DNA of 64,000 nucleotides from an uncultured Actinomycetes bacterium. GTDB lineage: Bacteria; Actinomycetota; Acidimicrobiia; IMCC26256; PALSA-610. Location of the stretch: positions 214,987-278,986 of the forward strand of contig CAVUFH010000001.1 of the NCBI GenBank assembly GCA_963740835.1, written 5' to 3'. A program made the position numbers and the translations under genes. Under the pieces are notes generated by a model. That model was not told the origin of the DNA. It saw only the letters and a program-made list of their open reading frames with translations, and made no database searches. This document shows, piece after piece, positions 18,184 to 28,124 of the stretch (position 1 is the first letter of the stretch; each line of letters opens with the position of its first letter).

Positions 18184-19442
18184 CCCCGTTCGCGTTCGTG
18201 CACGAGCGCGTCGAGCCGTTGCCGCAGCAGGTTCAGGACCGAGATCGTCGCGAACTGGCGGATGCGTTCGCGGTCGCCGGGGAGCCGGGTCGAAACGGAC
18301 TCGACCTGGCGACCCGGGAGCGCGATCCCGAAGCACACCGTGCCGACGGCGACGCCGTCTTGGTCGGTCGGTCCCGCGACGCCCGTAACGGCGATGCCGA
18401 CGTCGGCGCCGAGCACGCGCTGCGCGCCCTCTGCCATCTCGCGCGCCGCTTCCTCGCTCACGACGATCTCCGCGCCCACACCGAGCACCTCCCGTTTCAC
18501 GTCGGTCGCGTACGCGCCGATCGTGCCGCGGAAGACGTCGCTCGCGCCGGGCACGTTCACGATGCGCGCCCCGATGAAGCCGCCGGTCAGGCTCTCGGCG
18601 ACGCCGAGTGACCAACCACGGCCGCGCAGACGCTCGAGCACCGCGGACTCCATCGTCTCGTCGTCGACGCCGAACACGAGCTCGCCGAGGATCGCGCGCA
18701 GTTCCTTCTCCTCGGCATCGACCAGTGCGCGCGCCGCGGCTTCGGAGTCGCCCTTGGCGGTGATGCGCACAACGAGGCCTTCGATGCCGCGCGCGAGGAA
18801 CGCGATCGTCGGGTTGCCGGTCGCGTCGAGCGCATCCAGCCGGTGCGCCACCATCTCTGCGAGCGCGGACTCGGAGGTGCCCCATGTCTTGAGCGAGCGC
18901 GACACGATCGTCGACGCCGCGCCGCTGCGCGCCAGGAGGTCCGGGAGCACCTGCGCGGTGATCATCTCCTGCATCTCGTACGGGACGCCGGGGACGGCGT
19001 ACACGACCTTGCCGTCCGTCACCGGGCAGACGAGCCCGGGCGCGGTGCCGAGCGGGTTCGGGATCGCGGCGGCGCCGTCGGGGATGTCGGCCTGACGCAG
19101 GTTGTTCTCGGGCATGTCCCGCAGCCGGGCGCGGAACATCGTCGCGATCTGTTCGGCGAGCTCCATGCGGCGCACGAGCGGCACACCCATCAGCTCGGCG
19201 ATGGCGTCGCGCGTCAGATCGTCCTGGGTCGGGCCCAACCCGCCGCACACGATGACCGCGTTTGCGCGGGACAACAGGTCCTGCAACGCGGCGACGATGC
19301 GGGCCTGGTTGTCACCGATGACGCGGTGCTCGTACGAGTCGATGCCCGAGACCGCGAGCTGCTCGCCGATCCACGCGCTGTTCGTGTCCACGATCTGGCC
19401 GAGCAGCAACTCGGTCCCGACCGCCAGTACTTCGCATCGCAC
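18180..19442 (-). CDS. cinA: competence/damage-inducible protein CinA (MoCF-binding domain + nicotinamide-nucleotide amidohydrolase domain)
   Basis: VRCEVLAVGTELLLGQIVDTNS..., VCGGLGPTQDDLT, C-terminal ESLTGG motif. 420 aa from GTG 19442. Confidence 0.9.
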   Translation of the reverse strand: MRCEVLAVGTELLLGQIVDTNSAWIGEQLAVSGIDSYEHRVIGDNQARIVAALQDLLSRANAVIVCGGLGPTQDDLTRDAIAELMGVPLVRRMELAEQIATMFRARLRDMPENNLRQADIPDGAAAIPNPLGTAPGLVCPVTDGKVVYAVPGVPYEMQEMITAQVLPDLLARSGAASTIVSRSLKTWGTSESALAEMVAHRLDALDATGNPTIAFLARGIEGLVVRITAKGDSEAAARALVDAEEKELRAILGELVFGVDDETMESAVLERLRGRGWSLGVAESLTGGFIGARIVNVPGASDVFRGTIGAYATDVKREVLGVGAEIVVSEEAAREMAEGAQRVLGADVGIAVTGVAGPTDQDGVAVGTVCFGIALPGRQVESVSTRLPGDRERIRQFATISVLNLLRQRLDALVHERERG

Positions 19443-19474
19443 GACGGCGCGCCTCTCTCGATTCAGGGGCCGGT

Positions 19475-20044
19475 TCAGGTCTCTTGCTGCTGGAAGTCGA
19501 TCCAGCCGTGACGGAGGATCGCCAGGCCGGACACGACCGTGAACGCGACGGCGGCGTACAGCACGATGTCCTGGAACGTGTACCAGTGCTCCGTGATCGG
19601 CAGCAGCACGAGGCCCACCGAGCAGTACTGCAGGAACGCCTTGTACTTGCCGAGACGTTGCGCGGGCAGCACGATGCCGCGCCGACCCGCGAGCGACCGG
19701 TACAACGAGATGCCGATCTCCCGGATCGCGATGACCACCACCGGCCACCACGGGAAGTCGCCGCGGTCCGCGAGCACCGCGAGGCCGCCGAGCACGATCG
19801 CCTTGTCGGTGACCGGATCGAGGAACGCACCCGACCGCGTCGCACCGTCGCGGCGGGCGAGCCAGCCGTCGAGGCTGTCGGTGGACGTGATCGCGAACCA
19901 CAGGCCGACCGTCAGCCACCCCGCGCCCTGGTCGCGGATCAGCAGCAGCGTGGGCACCGCGACCAGCAGGCGCATCACGGTGACGAGGTTGGCGGGCGTC
20001 AAGAGCGCACCCTGGCCGAAGCGCCGCGCCGACGCGGTGGTCAC
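19475..20044 (-). CDS. pgsA: CDP-diacylglycerol--glycerol-3-phosphate 3-phosphatidyltransferase
   Basis: CDP-alcohol phosphotransferase signature DSLDGWLARRDGATRSGAFLDPVTDK. 189 aa. The GTG start overlaps the rimO stop. Confidence 0.9.
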   Translation of the reverse strand: MTTASARRFGQGALLTPANLVTVMRLLVAVPTLLLIRDQGAGWLTVGLWFAITSTDSLDGWLARRDGATRSGAFLDPVTDKAIVLGGLAVLADRGDFPWWPVVVIAIREIGISLYRSLAGRRGIVLPAQRLGKYKAFLQYCSVGLVLLPITEHWYTFQDIVLYAAVAFTVVSGLAILRHGWIDFQQQET

Positions 20045-21327
20045 GGGCGCGCCTCCAGATCGGGTCCGACCGCGCCGGTGACGCGCACGCGCACGGTCGC
20101 GCCCGGCCTTCCCACCGCCCCCATGATGCGGACGATACCGTCGATCTCGGGCGCCTCGCGGTAGGTGCGGCCGACCAGTCCGTCTTCGTCCTCGCCGTCG
20201 ACCAGCACGTTCACGGTCCTGCCCACCAGTGCTGCGCGCGCGGCGGCGGTGATCGGATCCTGCGCCTCGCTGCACTCGCGCAACCGCTCGTGCATCCGCG
20301 CGATGTCGACCTTCCTGTCGAGTGTCAGCGCGGCCGTGCCGGCCTCCTCGGAGAACGGGAAGAAGCCCGCCCAGTCGAGCCCGGCTGCGGCGAGGAAGTC
20401 GAGCAGTTCGTCGTGGTCGGCTTCGGTCTCGCCCGGGAACCCGATGATGAACGACGACCGGAACGTGGCGTCGGGGTCCTGCGCACGGATCTTCTCGATC
20501 GCGGTGAGGAAACGTTCGCCGCTCCCCCACCGCTTCATGCGCCGCAACAACCCGGCGGACGCGTGCTGCAACGAGAGGTCGAAGTACGGCACGACGGTGG
20601 ACAACTCGAACATCGTCGTGATCAGCGGGTCGCGCACTTCGGACGGATACAGATACAGCAGCCGCAGTCGCGTCAGTCCGGAGGCCGACAACCCGTCGAG
20701 GCGGCGCAACAGCGCGACGATCGCGCCCCGCTCGCCGGCGTCGCGTCCGTACCAGGCGAGATCCTGTGCCACGAGCACGATCTCGGAGACGCCCTGCTCC
20801 ACGAGCGCGCGCGCTTCGAGCTCGATCGCTTCCGGCGCCCGCGATCGCTGGGCGCCACGGAACGAAGGGATCGCGCAGAACGCACACGCGCGGTCGCACC
20901 CTTCGGCGATCTTCACGTACGCCCATGGCGCGGTCGGCGCAGGACGCGGCAGCTCCAACAGATCACGCACACCGGTCGGCTTGCGCTTGAGGACGACGTC
21001 GGCGAGCGCGCCTTCACCGGCGAAGCCGACGACGGCATCGGCTTCCGGCAACGCCGCGGCCAGCTCCTCGCCGTACCGCTCCGCCATGCACCCGGTGACC
21101 ACGAGCTTGGCGCCGGTCCGCTTCACGTCCGACAGTGCGAGCGCAACGTCGATGGATTCTTGGCGCGCGGCCTCGATGAACGCGCACGTGTTGACCACGA
21201 CGAGATCGGCGTCGCCGGGCGCGGCCGCGGGCTCGAGCCCGTCGGCGAGCAGCGAGGCGACGACCTTGTCGGAGTCGACCGCGTTCTTGGGGCAGCCGAG
21301 CGTCTCGACGTAGAAGCGTTGGGGCAT
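20041..21327 (-). CDS. rimO: ribosomal protein S12 methylthiotransferase RimO
   Basis: MPQRFYVETLGCPKN..., NTCAFI, radical-SAM CDRACAFC, TRAM-like C-terminus. 428 aa. Confidence 0.92.
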   Translation of the reverse strand: MPQRFYVETLGCPKNAVDSDKVVASLLADGLEPAAAPGDADLVVVNTCAFIEAARQESIDVALALSDVKRTGAKLVVTGCMAERYGEELAAALPEADAVVGFAGEGALADVVLKRKPTGVRDLLELPRPAPTAPWAYVKIAEGCDRACAFCAIPSFRGAQRSRAPEAIELEARALVEQGVSEIVLVAQDLAWYGRDAGERGAIVALLRRLDGLSASGLTRLRLLYLYPSEVRDPLITTMFELSTVVPYFDLSLQHASAGLLRRMKRWGSGERFLTAIEKIRAQDPDATFRSSFIIGFPGETEADHDELLDFLAAAGLDWAGFFPFSEEAGTAALTLDRKVDIARMHERLRECSEAQDPITAAARAALVGRTVNVLVDGEDEDGLVGRTYREAPEIDGIVRIMGAVGRPGATVRVRVTGAVGPDLEARP

Positions 21328-21369
21328 GGGCCCGTCATCGTAGTTGTGACCCTTCCGTAGACTCGGCCG

Positions 21370-21858
21370 ATGGTCGACAGCTCGAGTGGGCCCCGCGTGT
21401 GGTGCCCGGCGTGTGGTGCCGAGTACGAAGCGGGCAGCACCCAGTGCGTGGACTGCCGGGTGACGCTCGTCGCCACCAAGCCCCGTACGTTCACCGCGGC
21501 TTCGCGCGGCGACGACGGGCCGGCCCGCGATGATGACGGCGACGACGCGCTCGTCGAGCTGGGCGAGTGGCCGCGGCTGCAGGCGCAGATCCTCCGGCGC
21601 CGGCTCGAGTCCGCGGGCATTCCCGTGATGATCGAGTGGTCGGGCACCACCAACGATGCGACCGGCATCATCGTCGTCCCCGACGAGCACGGCGACTTCG
21701 CGTGGGCGGTCGTCAACGAGATCGAGGTCGACGACGAGATCCCCGACACGTCACCGCACGCGTACCTCACGCGCATCGAGGAACACCTCGCAGCTGCGGC
21801 AGGGCTCCTCGAGGAGTTGCGCACGCGGCTCGACGAGCTCGAGGCGGGCGAGGGATGA
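21370..21858 (+). CDS. hypothetical zinc-ribbon protein with acidic linker and small alpha/beta C-domain
   Basis: CPACG...CVDC ribbon at the N-terminus, a D-rich linker, then LVELGEWPRLQAQILRRRLESAGIPVMIEW (DUF2007-like fold by eye). Good GC3. Confidence 0.6.
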   Translation: MVDSSSGPRVWCPACGAEYEAGSTQCVDCRVTLVATKPRTFTAASRGDDGPARDDDGDDALVELGEWPRLQAQILRRRLESAGIPVMIEWSGTTNDATGIIVVPDEHGDFAWAVVNEIEVDDEIPDTSPHAYLTRIEEHLAAAAGLLEELRTRLDELEAGEG

Positions 21859-21931
21859 CCATGGCTCCCCTCCGCTCCGAGCCGAGGGGCCTGCGCCGAG
21901 ACGGCCTCCGCTGCGTCCGTACCGGAACAGC

Positions 21932-21966
21932 ATGAGGGGCGGGGCCCATTGGGTCCCGCCCCTCAT
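21932..21966. terminator. 16-bp GC-rich hairpin between convergent genes (bidirectional terminator candidate)
   Basis: ATGAGGGGCGGGGCCC-ATT-GGGTCCCGCCCCTCAT. No U-tract on either side. Confidence 0.55.
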
Positions 21967-22018
21967 CCGTTGTCCCCCAAGGAGATCCTTGCACGGTTCG
22001 CCCACCCGATCGGGCTCC

Positions 22019-24451
22019 CTATTCGCGTGCGCGCACGTCTTCGAGCTCGTCCACCGTCATCAGCACTGCGCGTGCCTTCGAACCCTCCGAGGGCCCGACG
22101 ATGCCGCGCTGCTCCAGCAGGTCCATCAACCGGCCGGCGCGGGCGAAACCGACCCGGAGCTTGCGTTGCAGCATGCTCGTCGAACCGAGGCCGCTGCGGA
22201 CGACGAGCTCGAGTGCTTCGTCGAGCAGATCGTCAGAGTCGTAGTCGTCTCCGCCGGCGCGGGTGCCGCCCGGGCTGTCGTCGCCCTGGATGCCTTCGAC
22301 GTAGTTGGGCTTCGCGGTCTGGCGACGCCAGTGCGCGACCACCTTGCGCACGCACTCCTCGTCGACCCATGCGCCCTGGATGCGCTCGGTCCGGCTCGAG
22401 GACGCGGTCAGCATGAGCATGTCGCCCTTTCCGATCAGCTTCTCGGCGCCGGGCTGGTCGAGGATCACGCGGCTGTCGGCGAGCGTGCTGACCGAGAACG
22501 CGAGCCGGCTCGGAATGTTCGCCTTGATCACGCCGGTGATGACGTCCACCGACGGACGTTGGGTCGCGATCACGAGGTGGATGCCGACGGCGCGCGCCAT
22601 CTGCGCGAGGCGGCAGATGCTCGTCTCGACGTCGCGGGCCGCGACCATCATGAGGTCGGCGAGCTCGTCGACCACGACGACGATGAACGGCAGCCGCTCG
22701 TAGTGCTTGCCCGTATCCGGATCGGGGTCGTCGATCGTCGGCAGCTCGCCGCGGTCGTACATGGCGTTGTAGCCGGTGATGTCGCGCACGCCGACACCGG
22801 CCAGGATGTCGTAGCGCATCTCCATCTCGCGCACGGCCCAGTCGAGCGCGTTGGCGGCCTTCTTCGGGTTGGTGACGACTTCCGTGAGGAGATGTGGCAC
22901 CGCGTTGTACTGCCCGAGCTCGACGCGCTTCGGGTCGACGAGGATGAGCCGTACTTGCTGCGGCGACGTCCGCATCAAGAGCGACGTCACAATGCTGTTG
23001 ATACAGCTGGACTTGCCGGCGCCGGTCTGACCGGCGATGAGCACGTGCGGGAACGTCGCGAGGTTCGACATCACCGCGCGCCCCGCGATGTCGCGGCCCA
23101 TCGCGACCTCGAGCGGATGCGTCGCCTTCTTCGTCTCGTCGCTCGCGAGGATGTCGCCGAGCGTGACGACCGGGCGCGCCTTGTTCGGCACCTCCACACC
23201 GATCGCGCTCCGACCCGGGATCGGCGCGAGGATGCGGACGTCGTGGCTCGCCATCGAGTACGCGATCTCCTTGGCGAGGTTCGTGACCCGGTTGACCTTG
23301 ACGCCCGGCGCGATCTCGAGCTCGTAGCGGGTGACGGTCGGGCCGACGGTCGCGCCGACGAGCCGCGCGTCCACACCGAACTCGCGCAGGGTGGCTTCGA
23401 GCACCTCGCCGCCGGCCGCGACCATGCGCGGATCCACCTCGCGTGACTGGCTCCGCTTGAGGATCGTCGCCGGCGGCAGCTTCCACGCGACGTCCGGCAG
23501 CTCGCCGTCGACGCTCGCGGTGTCGTCGTCTTCGTCTTCGTCGTCGCCTTCGGAGAGCGAGATCTCGACGTCGCCGACGAGCACGTCGTCAGTGGACGAG
23601 AACACGGTGACCTTCTCGACCTCGTCCTCGGCCGCGACCAGATCGATCTCGGCCTCGGGAAGCGGCCCGATCGACGGTTCGAGCTCCTCGGCGACCTGGT
23701 CGTAGAGCAGCGGCCGGTCGGGTTCGTACGCGTCGTCGAGCGGCACCGGCTGCAGCGTGAACAGTCCTTTGCCGTGCTCGGCGAGCCACTTCACCGCGAG
23801 GAACCCGATCACCGCGACCTGCTTGAGCCCCGCGCCCAAGACGAGCAACGCGCCGAGCACGAGCACCGCGATCAGCACGATGACCGCGCCGAGCCCACCC
23901 AGCAGCGCGTGCAGGGGCGCGCCGAACAGCGCGCCGAGCAGACCGCCGGCCCGCTCGAGCGGTTCGAGCGCGTCGCCACCCGGGCTCCCGTGACCGATGT
24001 GCAACAGCCCGACGATGGCCGCGCAGACGAGGACGATGCCGAGGCCGAGCCGCAGGTCGCTGCGGGACTGTCCCGGTTCCCCGCGCGTGACGAGCACGCC
24101 GCCCGCGGCGACGAGCAGCGCGAGCGGCACCACCATGCGGCCCGCGCCGAGCATGATCGACGCGGCAGTGTCGATGCCGTCGCCGACCGGACCCGCGAGG
24201 TTCGAGTAGATCCCGAGCGCGCTGACGAGCGCGAGGACGAACAGGCCGATCGCGAGCGCGTCGGTCGAGTGGCCGCCGAGCTGGCGGGCCAGCTCGTGTC
24301 GCCACTTCGGCGTCGCCCGGCGGCGGGGGACGGGCTTGCGGGCCGCGCTCGCCCGTTTGGTGGGGGGTCTGCGACGCGTCGCCGTGCCGCGCGCACTGCT
24401 GCTGCGGCTACGACTCGGCGCGGTCGTCGTGCTCCGGCGCGTGGCTGCCAT
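22019..24451 (-). CDS. ftsK: DNA translocase FtsK
   Basis: N-terminal TM helices, motor domain Walker A GQTGAGKS and Walker B VVVVDELADLM, gamma wHTH (TSMLQRKLRVGFARAGRLMDLLE). Start taken as MAATRRSTTT (810 aa). Confidence 0.93.
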   Translation of the reverse strand: MAATRRSTTTAPSRSRSSSARGTATRRRPPTKRASAARKPVPRRRATPKWRHELARQLGGHSTDALAIGLFVLALVSALGIYSNLAGPVGDGIDTAASIMLGAGRMVVPLALLVAAGGVLVTRGEPGQSRSDLRLGLGIVLVCAAIVGLLHIGHGSPGGDALEPLERAGGLLGALFGAPLHALLGGLGAVIVLIAVLVLGALLVLGAGLKQVAVIGFLAVKWLAEHGKGLFTLQPVPLDDAYEPDRPLLYDQVAEELEPSIGPLPEAEIDLVAAEDEVEKVTVFSSTDDVLVGDVEISLSEGDDEDEDDDTASVDGELPDVAWKLPPATILKRSQSREVDPRMVAAGGEVLEATLREFGVDARLVGATVGPTVTRYELEIAPGVKVNRVTNLAKEIAYSMASHDVRILAPIPGRSAIGVEVPNKARPVVTLGDILASDETKKATHPLEVAMGRDIAGRAVMSNLATFPHVLIAGQTGAGKSSCINSIVTSLLMRTSPQQVRLILVDPKRVELGQYNAVPHLLTEVVTNPKKAANALDWAVREMEMRYDILAGVGVRDITGYNAMYDRGELPTIDDPDPDTGKHYERLPFIVVVVDELADLMMVAARDVETSICRLAQMARAVGIHLVIATQRPSVDVITGVIKANIPSRLAFSVSTLADSRVILDQPGAEKLIGKGDMLMLTASSSRTERIQGAWVDEECVRKVVAHWRRQTAKPNYVEGIQGDDSPGGTRAGGDDYDSDDLLDEALELVVRSGLGSTSMLQRKLRVGFARAGRLMDLLEQRGIVGPSEGSKARAVLMTVDELEDVRARE

Positions 24452-24554
24452 AGGGGGACAACCGTAACACCAGCAACATGAGAAACAACAGGATCCACGG
24501 GCATCGCACGGCTCGGACGCGCCGTCGGCCCGAGCCCGGCGCCCGCCCCGCCGG

Positions 24555-25322
24555 CTACAGCGCGGACACGTAGCCGCCGTCGACGGCGTAGACCTGGCCG
24601 GTGATCCACGCACCCGCGTCGCTGCACAGCAGCGTCACGAGCGGCGCGACGTCGGCCGGCGTCCCGAGCCGGGGCACGGTGTAGGCCCGGCTCAAGCGGC
24701 GTTCGAGGTCGGGGTCGCGCGCGATGGCGGCCTCGGTCGGGCCGGTGCGCATGGTCGCCAGCGCGACGCAGTTGGCGGTGACACCGGCGTTGCCGACCTC
24801 CGCTGCAAGACCTCGGATGAACCCCATCGCGCCGGCCTTGGCCGCCCCGTAGATCGCCTGGTAGCGCTCGCCCTTGCGCCCCGCGTCCGACGCGATCGTC
24901 ACGATGCGGCCCCAGCGCTCGTCGACCATCGGGGCGAGGTACGCATGGGTGACGTGCAGGATCGCGCCGAGGTTCAGGCGCATCAGATACTCCCAGTCGT
25001 CCGGGTTCGAGTCCGAGAACCGCTTCAGGTCGAAGCCCTGCGTCGGGTTGCCGGCGTTGTTGACGAGGATGTCGACCGGCCCGGTCTGCTCGCGCATGCG
25101 TGCGATCTTCTGCGGGCTGGTGACGTCGGCCTTCACCGGGCGCGCGTGCTGCTCACCACCGAGGTCGGCCGCGACCTTGGCCGCCCGGTCCTCGAAGATG
25201 TCGTTGACCCACACGAAGGCGCCCGCGCCGACGAGTACCCGGCAGATCTCGGAACCGACGCCGCTGCCGCCGCCGGTCACCAGTGCTCGCCGTCCCGTGA
25301 GATCGATGTCCAGACCAGCCAC
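24555..25322 (-). CDS. short-chain dehydrogenase/reductase (SDR)
   Basis: TGGGSGVG dinucleotide motif, NNAG, catalytic YGAAK. 255 aa from GTG 25322. Confidence 0.85.
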   Translation of the reverse strand: MAGLDIDLTGRRALVTGGGSGVGSEICRVLVGAGAFVWVNDIFEDRAAKVAADLGGEQHARPVKADVTSPQKIARMREQTGPVDILVNNAGNPTQGFDLKRFSDSNPDDWEYLMRLNLGAILHVTHAYLAPMVDERWGRIVTIASDAGRKGERYQAIYGAAKAGAMGFIRGLAAEVGNAGVTANCVALATMRTGPTEAAIARDPDLERRLSRAYTVPRLGTPADVAPLVTLLCSDAGAWITGQVYAVDGGYVSAL

Positions 25323-25339
25323 GGGGGGAGCGTACGCCG

Positions 25340-27022
25340 TCAGACCTCCATGACCACCGGGATGACGATGGGGCGCCGGCGCGTGCGCTCGTCGATGAAG
25401 CGTCCGAGCGACCGGCGGGCGTGACGCCGCACCGTCTCGAAGTCGGTGGCGCCTTCGGCCGCGGCGGCGGCGAGCGACTCCCGCACCGCTTGCCGCGCGT
25501 CCTCGAGCAGATCCTCCGCTTCGGGGGCGTACACCCACCCGCGCGTGACGATCTCGGGGCCAGTCACGAGCTCACCGGTGCGGGCGTCGATCGTGACGAT
25601 GACGACGACGACGCCCTCCTCGGCGAGCACGCGCCGGTCACGGAGCACGCCATGACCGATGTCGCCGACGATCCCGTCGACGTACGTGTAGCCGGCAGGC
25701 ACGGCGCGGCGTTCGACGTCGAGTCCTTCCGGGTCGAGATCGATCACGTCACCGTCTTCGCATACGAGCACGTTCGCGGGCGCGACGCCGGAGTCGCGCG
25801 CGAGCTGCGCATGGTGCACGAGGTGCCGGTACTCACCGTGCACGGGGATGAACCACTCGGGCTGGAGCAGGTTGAGCACGAACTTCAGCTCTTCCTGCGA
25901 CGCGTGACCGGACACGTGCACGTTGGAGTTGCGGTCGTGCACGACCTCGGCCCCGGCGCGGTGCAGCGCATCGATGACGCGTGACACGTTCGACTCGTTC
26001 CCCGGGATCGCGTGCGCGCTGATGACGACGACGTCGTCCTCGGAGATCTTCACGTACTTGTGCTCGTGCGCGGCCATCAACGAGAGCGCGCTCATCGGCT
26101 CGCCTTGCGAACCGGTGCAGATGATGCAGACGTCGCCGGGCGCGTACCGGGATGTCTCCTCGATGTCGACGATCGCGTGCGCGGGCACGTCCAGATATCC
26201 GAGCTCGCGCGACATCGTGACGTTGTGCTCCATCGAGCGACCGACGAACGCGATGCGCCGGCCGTGCGCGACCGCGGCCAGCGCGACCTGCTGCACGCGA
26301 TGGATGTGCGAGGCGAAGCTCGTGACGATGAACCGCTTCGACGGATACTCGCGGAACAGCGCGCGCATCGCGACGCCCACGGTCGACTCCGACGGCGTGA
26401 ACCCAGGCCGCTCCGCATTGGTCGAGTCGGAGAGCAGCAGCCGGACGCCGCCGTCGCGCCGCGCCAGCTCCCCCATGAGCGCGAGGTCGGTGCGCCGCCC
26501 GTCGACCGGCGTGAGGTCGAGCTTGAAGTCACCGGTGTGCACGATGGTGCCCGCGGGCGTGAAGAACGCGGTCGCGAAGCCGTGCGGCACCGAGTGCGTC
26601 ACCGGGATGAACTGGCAGTCGAAGGAGCCGATCCGGCGCCGTTCGCCGTCGTGCACCGGGATCAGCTCGGTGCGCCCGAGCATCCCCGCTTCCTCGATGC
26701 GGTTCCGGGCGAGCGCGAGCGACAGCTGCGAGCCGTAGATCGGGACCTCGATGTCGCGGAGGAGGAAGGCGAGGCCGCCCGCGTGGTCCTCGTGCGCGTG
26801 GGTGAGGAAGACGCCCTCGACCCGGTCCGCGTTGTCATGAAGATACGTGAAGTCCGGGAGGACGAGGTCGACGCCGGGCATGTCGGCGTCGGGGAACATG
26901 AGCCCACAGTCGACGACGAGGATGCGGCCGTCGATTTCGAGGCAGAAGCAGTTCCGCCCGATCTCACCGAGGCCACCGAGGAAGACGATCCGAACGCGTG
27001 ACTCGGCAACCGGCGAACTCAT
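25340..27022 (-). CDS. rnj: ribonuclease J
   Basis: Metallo-beta-lactamase THAHEDHAGG, beta-CASP and C-terminal domains. 560 aa from MSSPVAESRVRIVFLGGLGEIGRN. The start overlaps the desaturase stop (ATGA). Confidence 0.93.
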   Translation of the reverse strand: MSSPVAESRVRIVFLGGLGEIGRNCFCLEIDGRILVVDCGLMFPDADMPGVDLVLPDFTYLHDNADRVEGVFLTHAHEDHAGGLAFLLRDIEVPIYGSQLSLALARNRIEEAGMLGRTELIPVHDGERRRIGSFDCQFIPVTHSVPHGFATAFFTPAGTIVHTGDFKLDLTPVDGRRTDLALMGELARRDGGVRLLLSDSTNAERPGFTPSESTVGVAMRALFREYPSKRFIVTSFASHIHRVQQVALAAVAHGRRIAFVGRSMEHNVTMSRELGYLDVPAHAIVDIEETSRYAPGDVCIICTGSQGEPMSALSLMAAHEHKYVKISEDDVVVISAHAIPGNESNVSRVIDALHRAGAEVVHDRNSNVHVSGHASQEELKFVLNLLQPEWFIPVHGEYRHLVHHAQLARDSGVAPANVLVCEDGDVIDLDPEGLDVERRAVPAGYTYVDGIVGDIGHGVLRDRRVLAEEGVVVVIVTIDARTGELVTGPEIVTRGWVYAPEAEDLLEDARQAVRESLAAAAAEGATDFETVRRHARRSLGRFIDERTRRRPIVIPVVMEV

Positions 27023-27978
27023 GATCCGTCGAACGTACCACCGGGTTCGGAGATGCCGAGACCAGCACCCACCGGCACCGCCTCGTCGCGCCTGCCCGCC
27101 CGCGGCCGAGACAGGTCGTGCGCCTCGGCGAGCACACGCGTGGGCGGCTTCCGGAGATCGTGCACGATGCCGACGAACGAGAGCAGGCGCAGGCCGTAGT
27201 AGGTGGTGTCGATCTGCCACCATCGGAAGCCCTGCCGCGCCGACGACGGGTACCGGTGGTGGTTGTTGTGCCAACCCTCACCGCCGGTGATCAACGCGAT
27301 CAACAACGAGTTCCGGCTCGTGTCCGGCGTGTCGTAGACGCGCCGGCCGAACACGTGGGCGAGCGAGTTCACGAAGAACGTCGTGTGCCAGAGCAGGATC
27401 GTGGACGCGAAGAATCCGACGACGAGACCGCTCCACCCGCCGATGAGGAAGCAGGCCACGCCGAGCGACCACGGCCCGATCCAGTCGTGCTTGTTGATGA
27501 AGCGCAGCTCCGGGTACTTGGCGAAGTCCTTGATCTCGTCGTACTCGGTCGCGCCGTACTTGTCGCACAGGATCCACCCGACCTGACTCCACCAGAAGCC
27601 GCGCATGGGTGAGTGGATGTCCTGGTCGGTGTCTGCGTAGCGGTGGTGCACGCGGTGGTGACCGGCCCACCACAGTGGTCCCTTCTGCGCGGCGGTCGTG
27701 CAGCCGAACGCCATGAGGAACTGCGGGAACCGTGCCATGCGGTAGCTGCGGTGCGAGAAGTACCGGTGGTACCCGGCCGTGATGAGGAACATCCGGCCGA
27801 GGTACGTCACGAGGAAGAGGAGCACCGCGGTGCGGGTGATCCCGGTGAAGATCGCGAGCAGCGGGATGAAGTGCAGGGCGATGAACGGGATCGATGAGCG
27901 CTTGTTGATGCGCTCGTCGGCGGGGGTTTCCGAGGCGGGCGCGGGGCGCGGCTCGGGTCGAACTTCAGTGGCCGTCAC
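27019..27978 (-). CDS. membrane acyl-CoA (stearoyl-CoA type, delta-9) fatty acid desaturase
   Basis: Three histidine boxes HRYFSH, HRVHHRY, HNNHHRY, with TM helices. 319 aa. Confidence 0.9.
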   Translation of the reverse strand: MTATEVRPEPRPAPASETPADERINKRSSIPFIALHFIPLLAIFTGITRTAVLLFLVTYLGRMFLITAGYHRYFSHRSYRMARFPQFLMAFGCTTAAQKGPLWWAGHHRVHHRYADTDQDIHSPMRGFWWSQVGWILCDKYGATEYDEIKDFAKYPELRFINKHDWIGPWSLGVACFLIGGWSGLVVGFFASTILLWHTTFFVNSLAHVFGRRVYDTPDTSRNSLLIALITGGEGWHNNHHRYPSSARQGFRWWQIDTTYYGLRLLSFVGIVHDLRKPPTRVLAEAHDLSRPRAGRRDEAVPVGAGLGISEPGGTFDGS

Positions 27979-28012
27979 GAGCGCCTTCCCGGTGGGATCT
28001 GGGTCTGGGACC

Positions 28013-28030
28013 CTACCTACTAGTCGGTAG
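28013..28030. promoter_or_regulatory. 18-bp imperfect palindrome upstream of the desaturase (candidate operator)
   Basis: CTACCTACTAGTCGGTAG has 8 of 9 symmetric pairs around an ACTAGT core. It sits in a locally AT-richer patch 35-52 nt upstream of the desaturase start. Confidence 0.35.
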
Positions 28031-28063
28031 AGTAACCCGGACGGGCGACTGCGTCTGCACGCG

Positions 28064-28091
28064 CATCGGCCGCCCGTGCGGGCGGCCGATG
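28064..28091 (-). terminator. 12-bp GC hairpin downstream of the di-iron protein gene
   Basis: CATCGGCCGCCC-GTGC-GGGCGGCCGATG, 34 nt after the stop at 28125. No U-tract. Confidence 0.45.
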
Positions 28092-28124
28092 TCGTTGATA
28101 CGGGGCCCGGACGGCCCGTCGATC

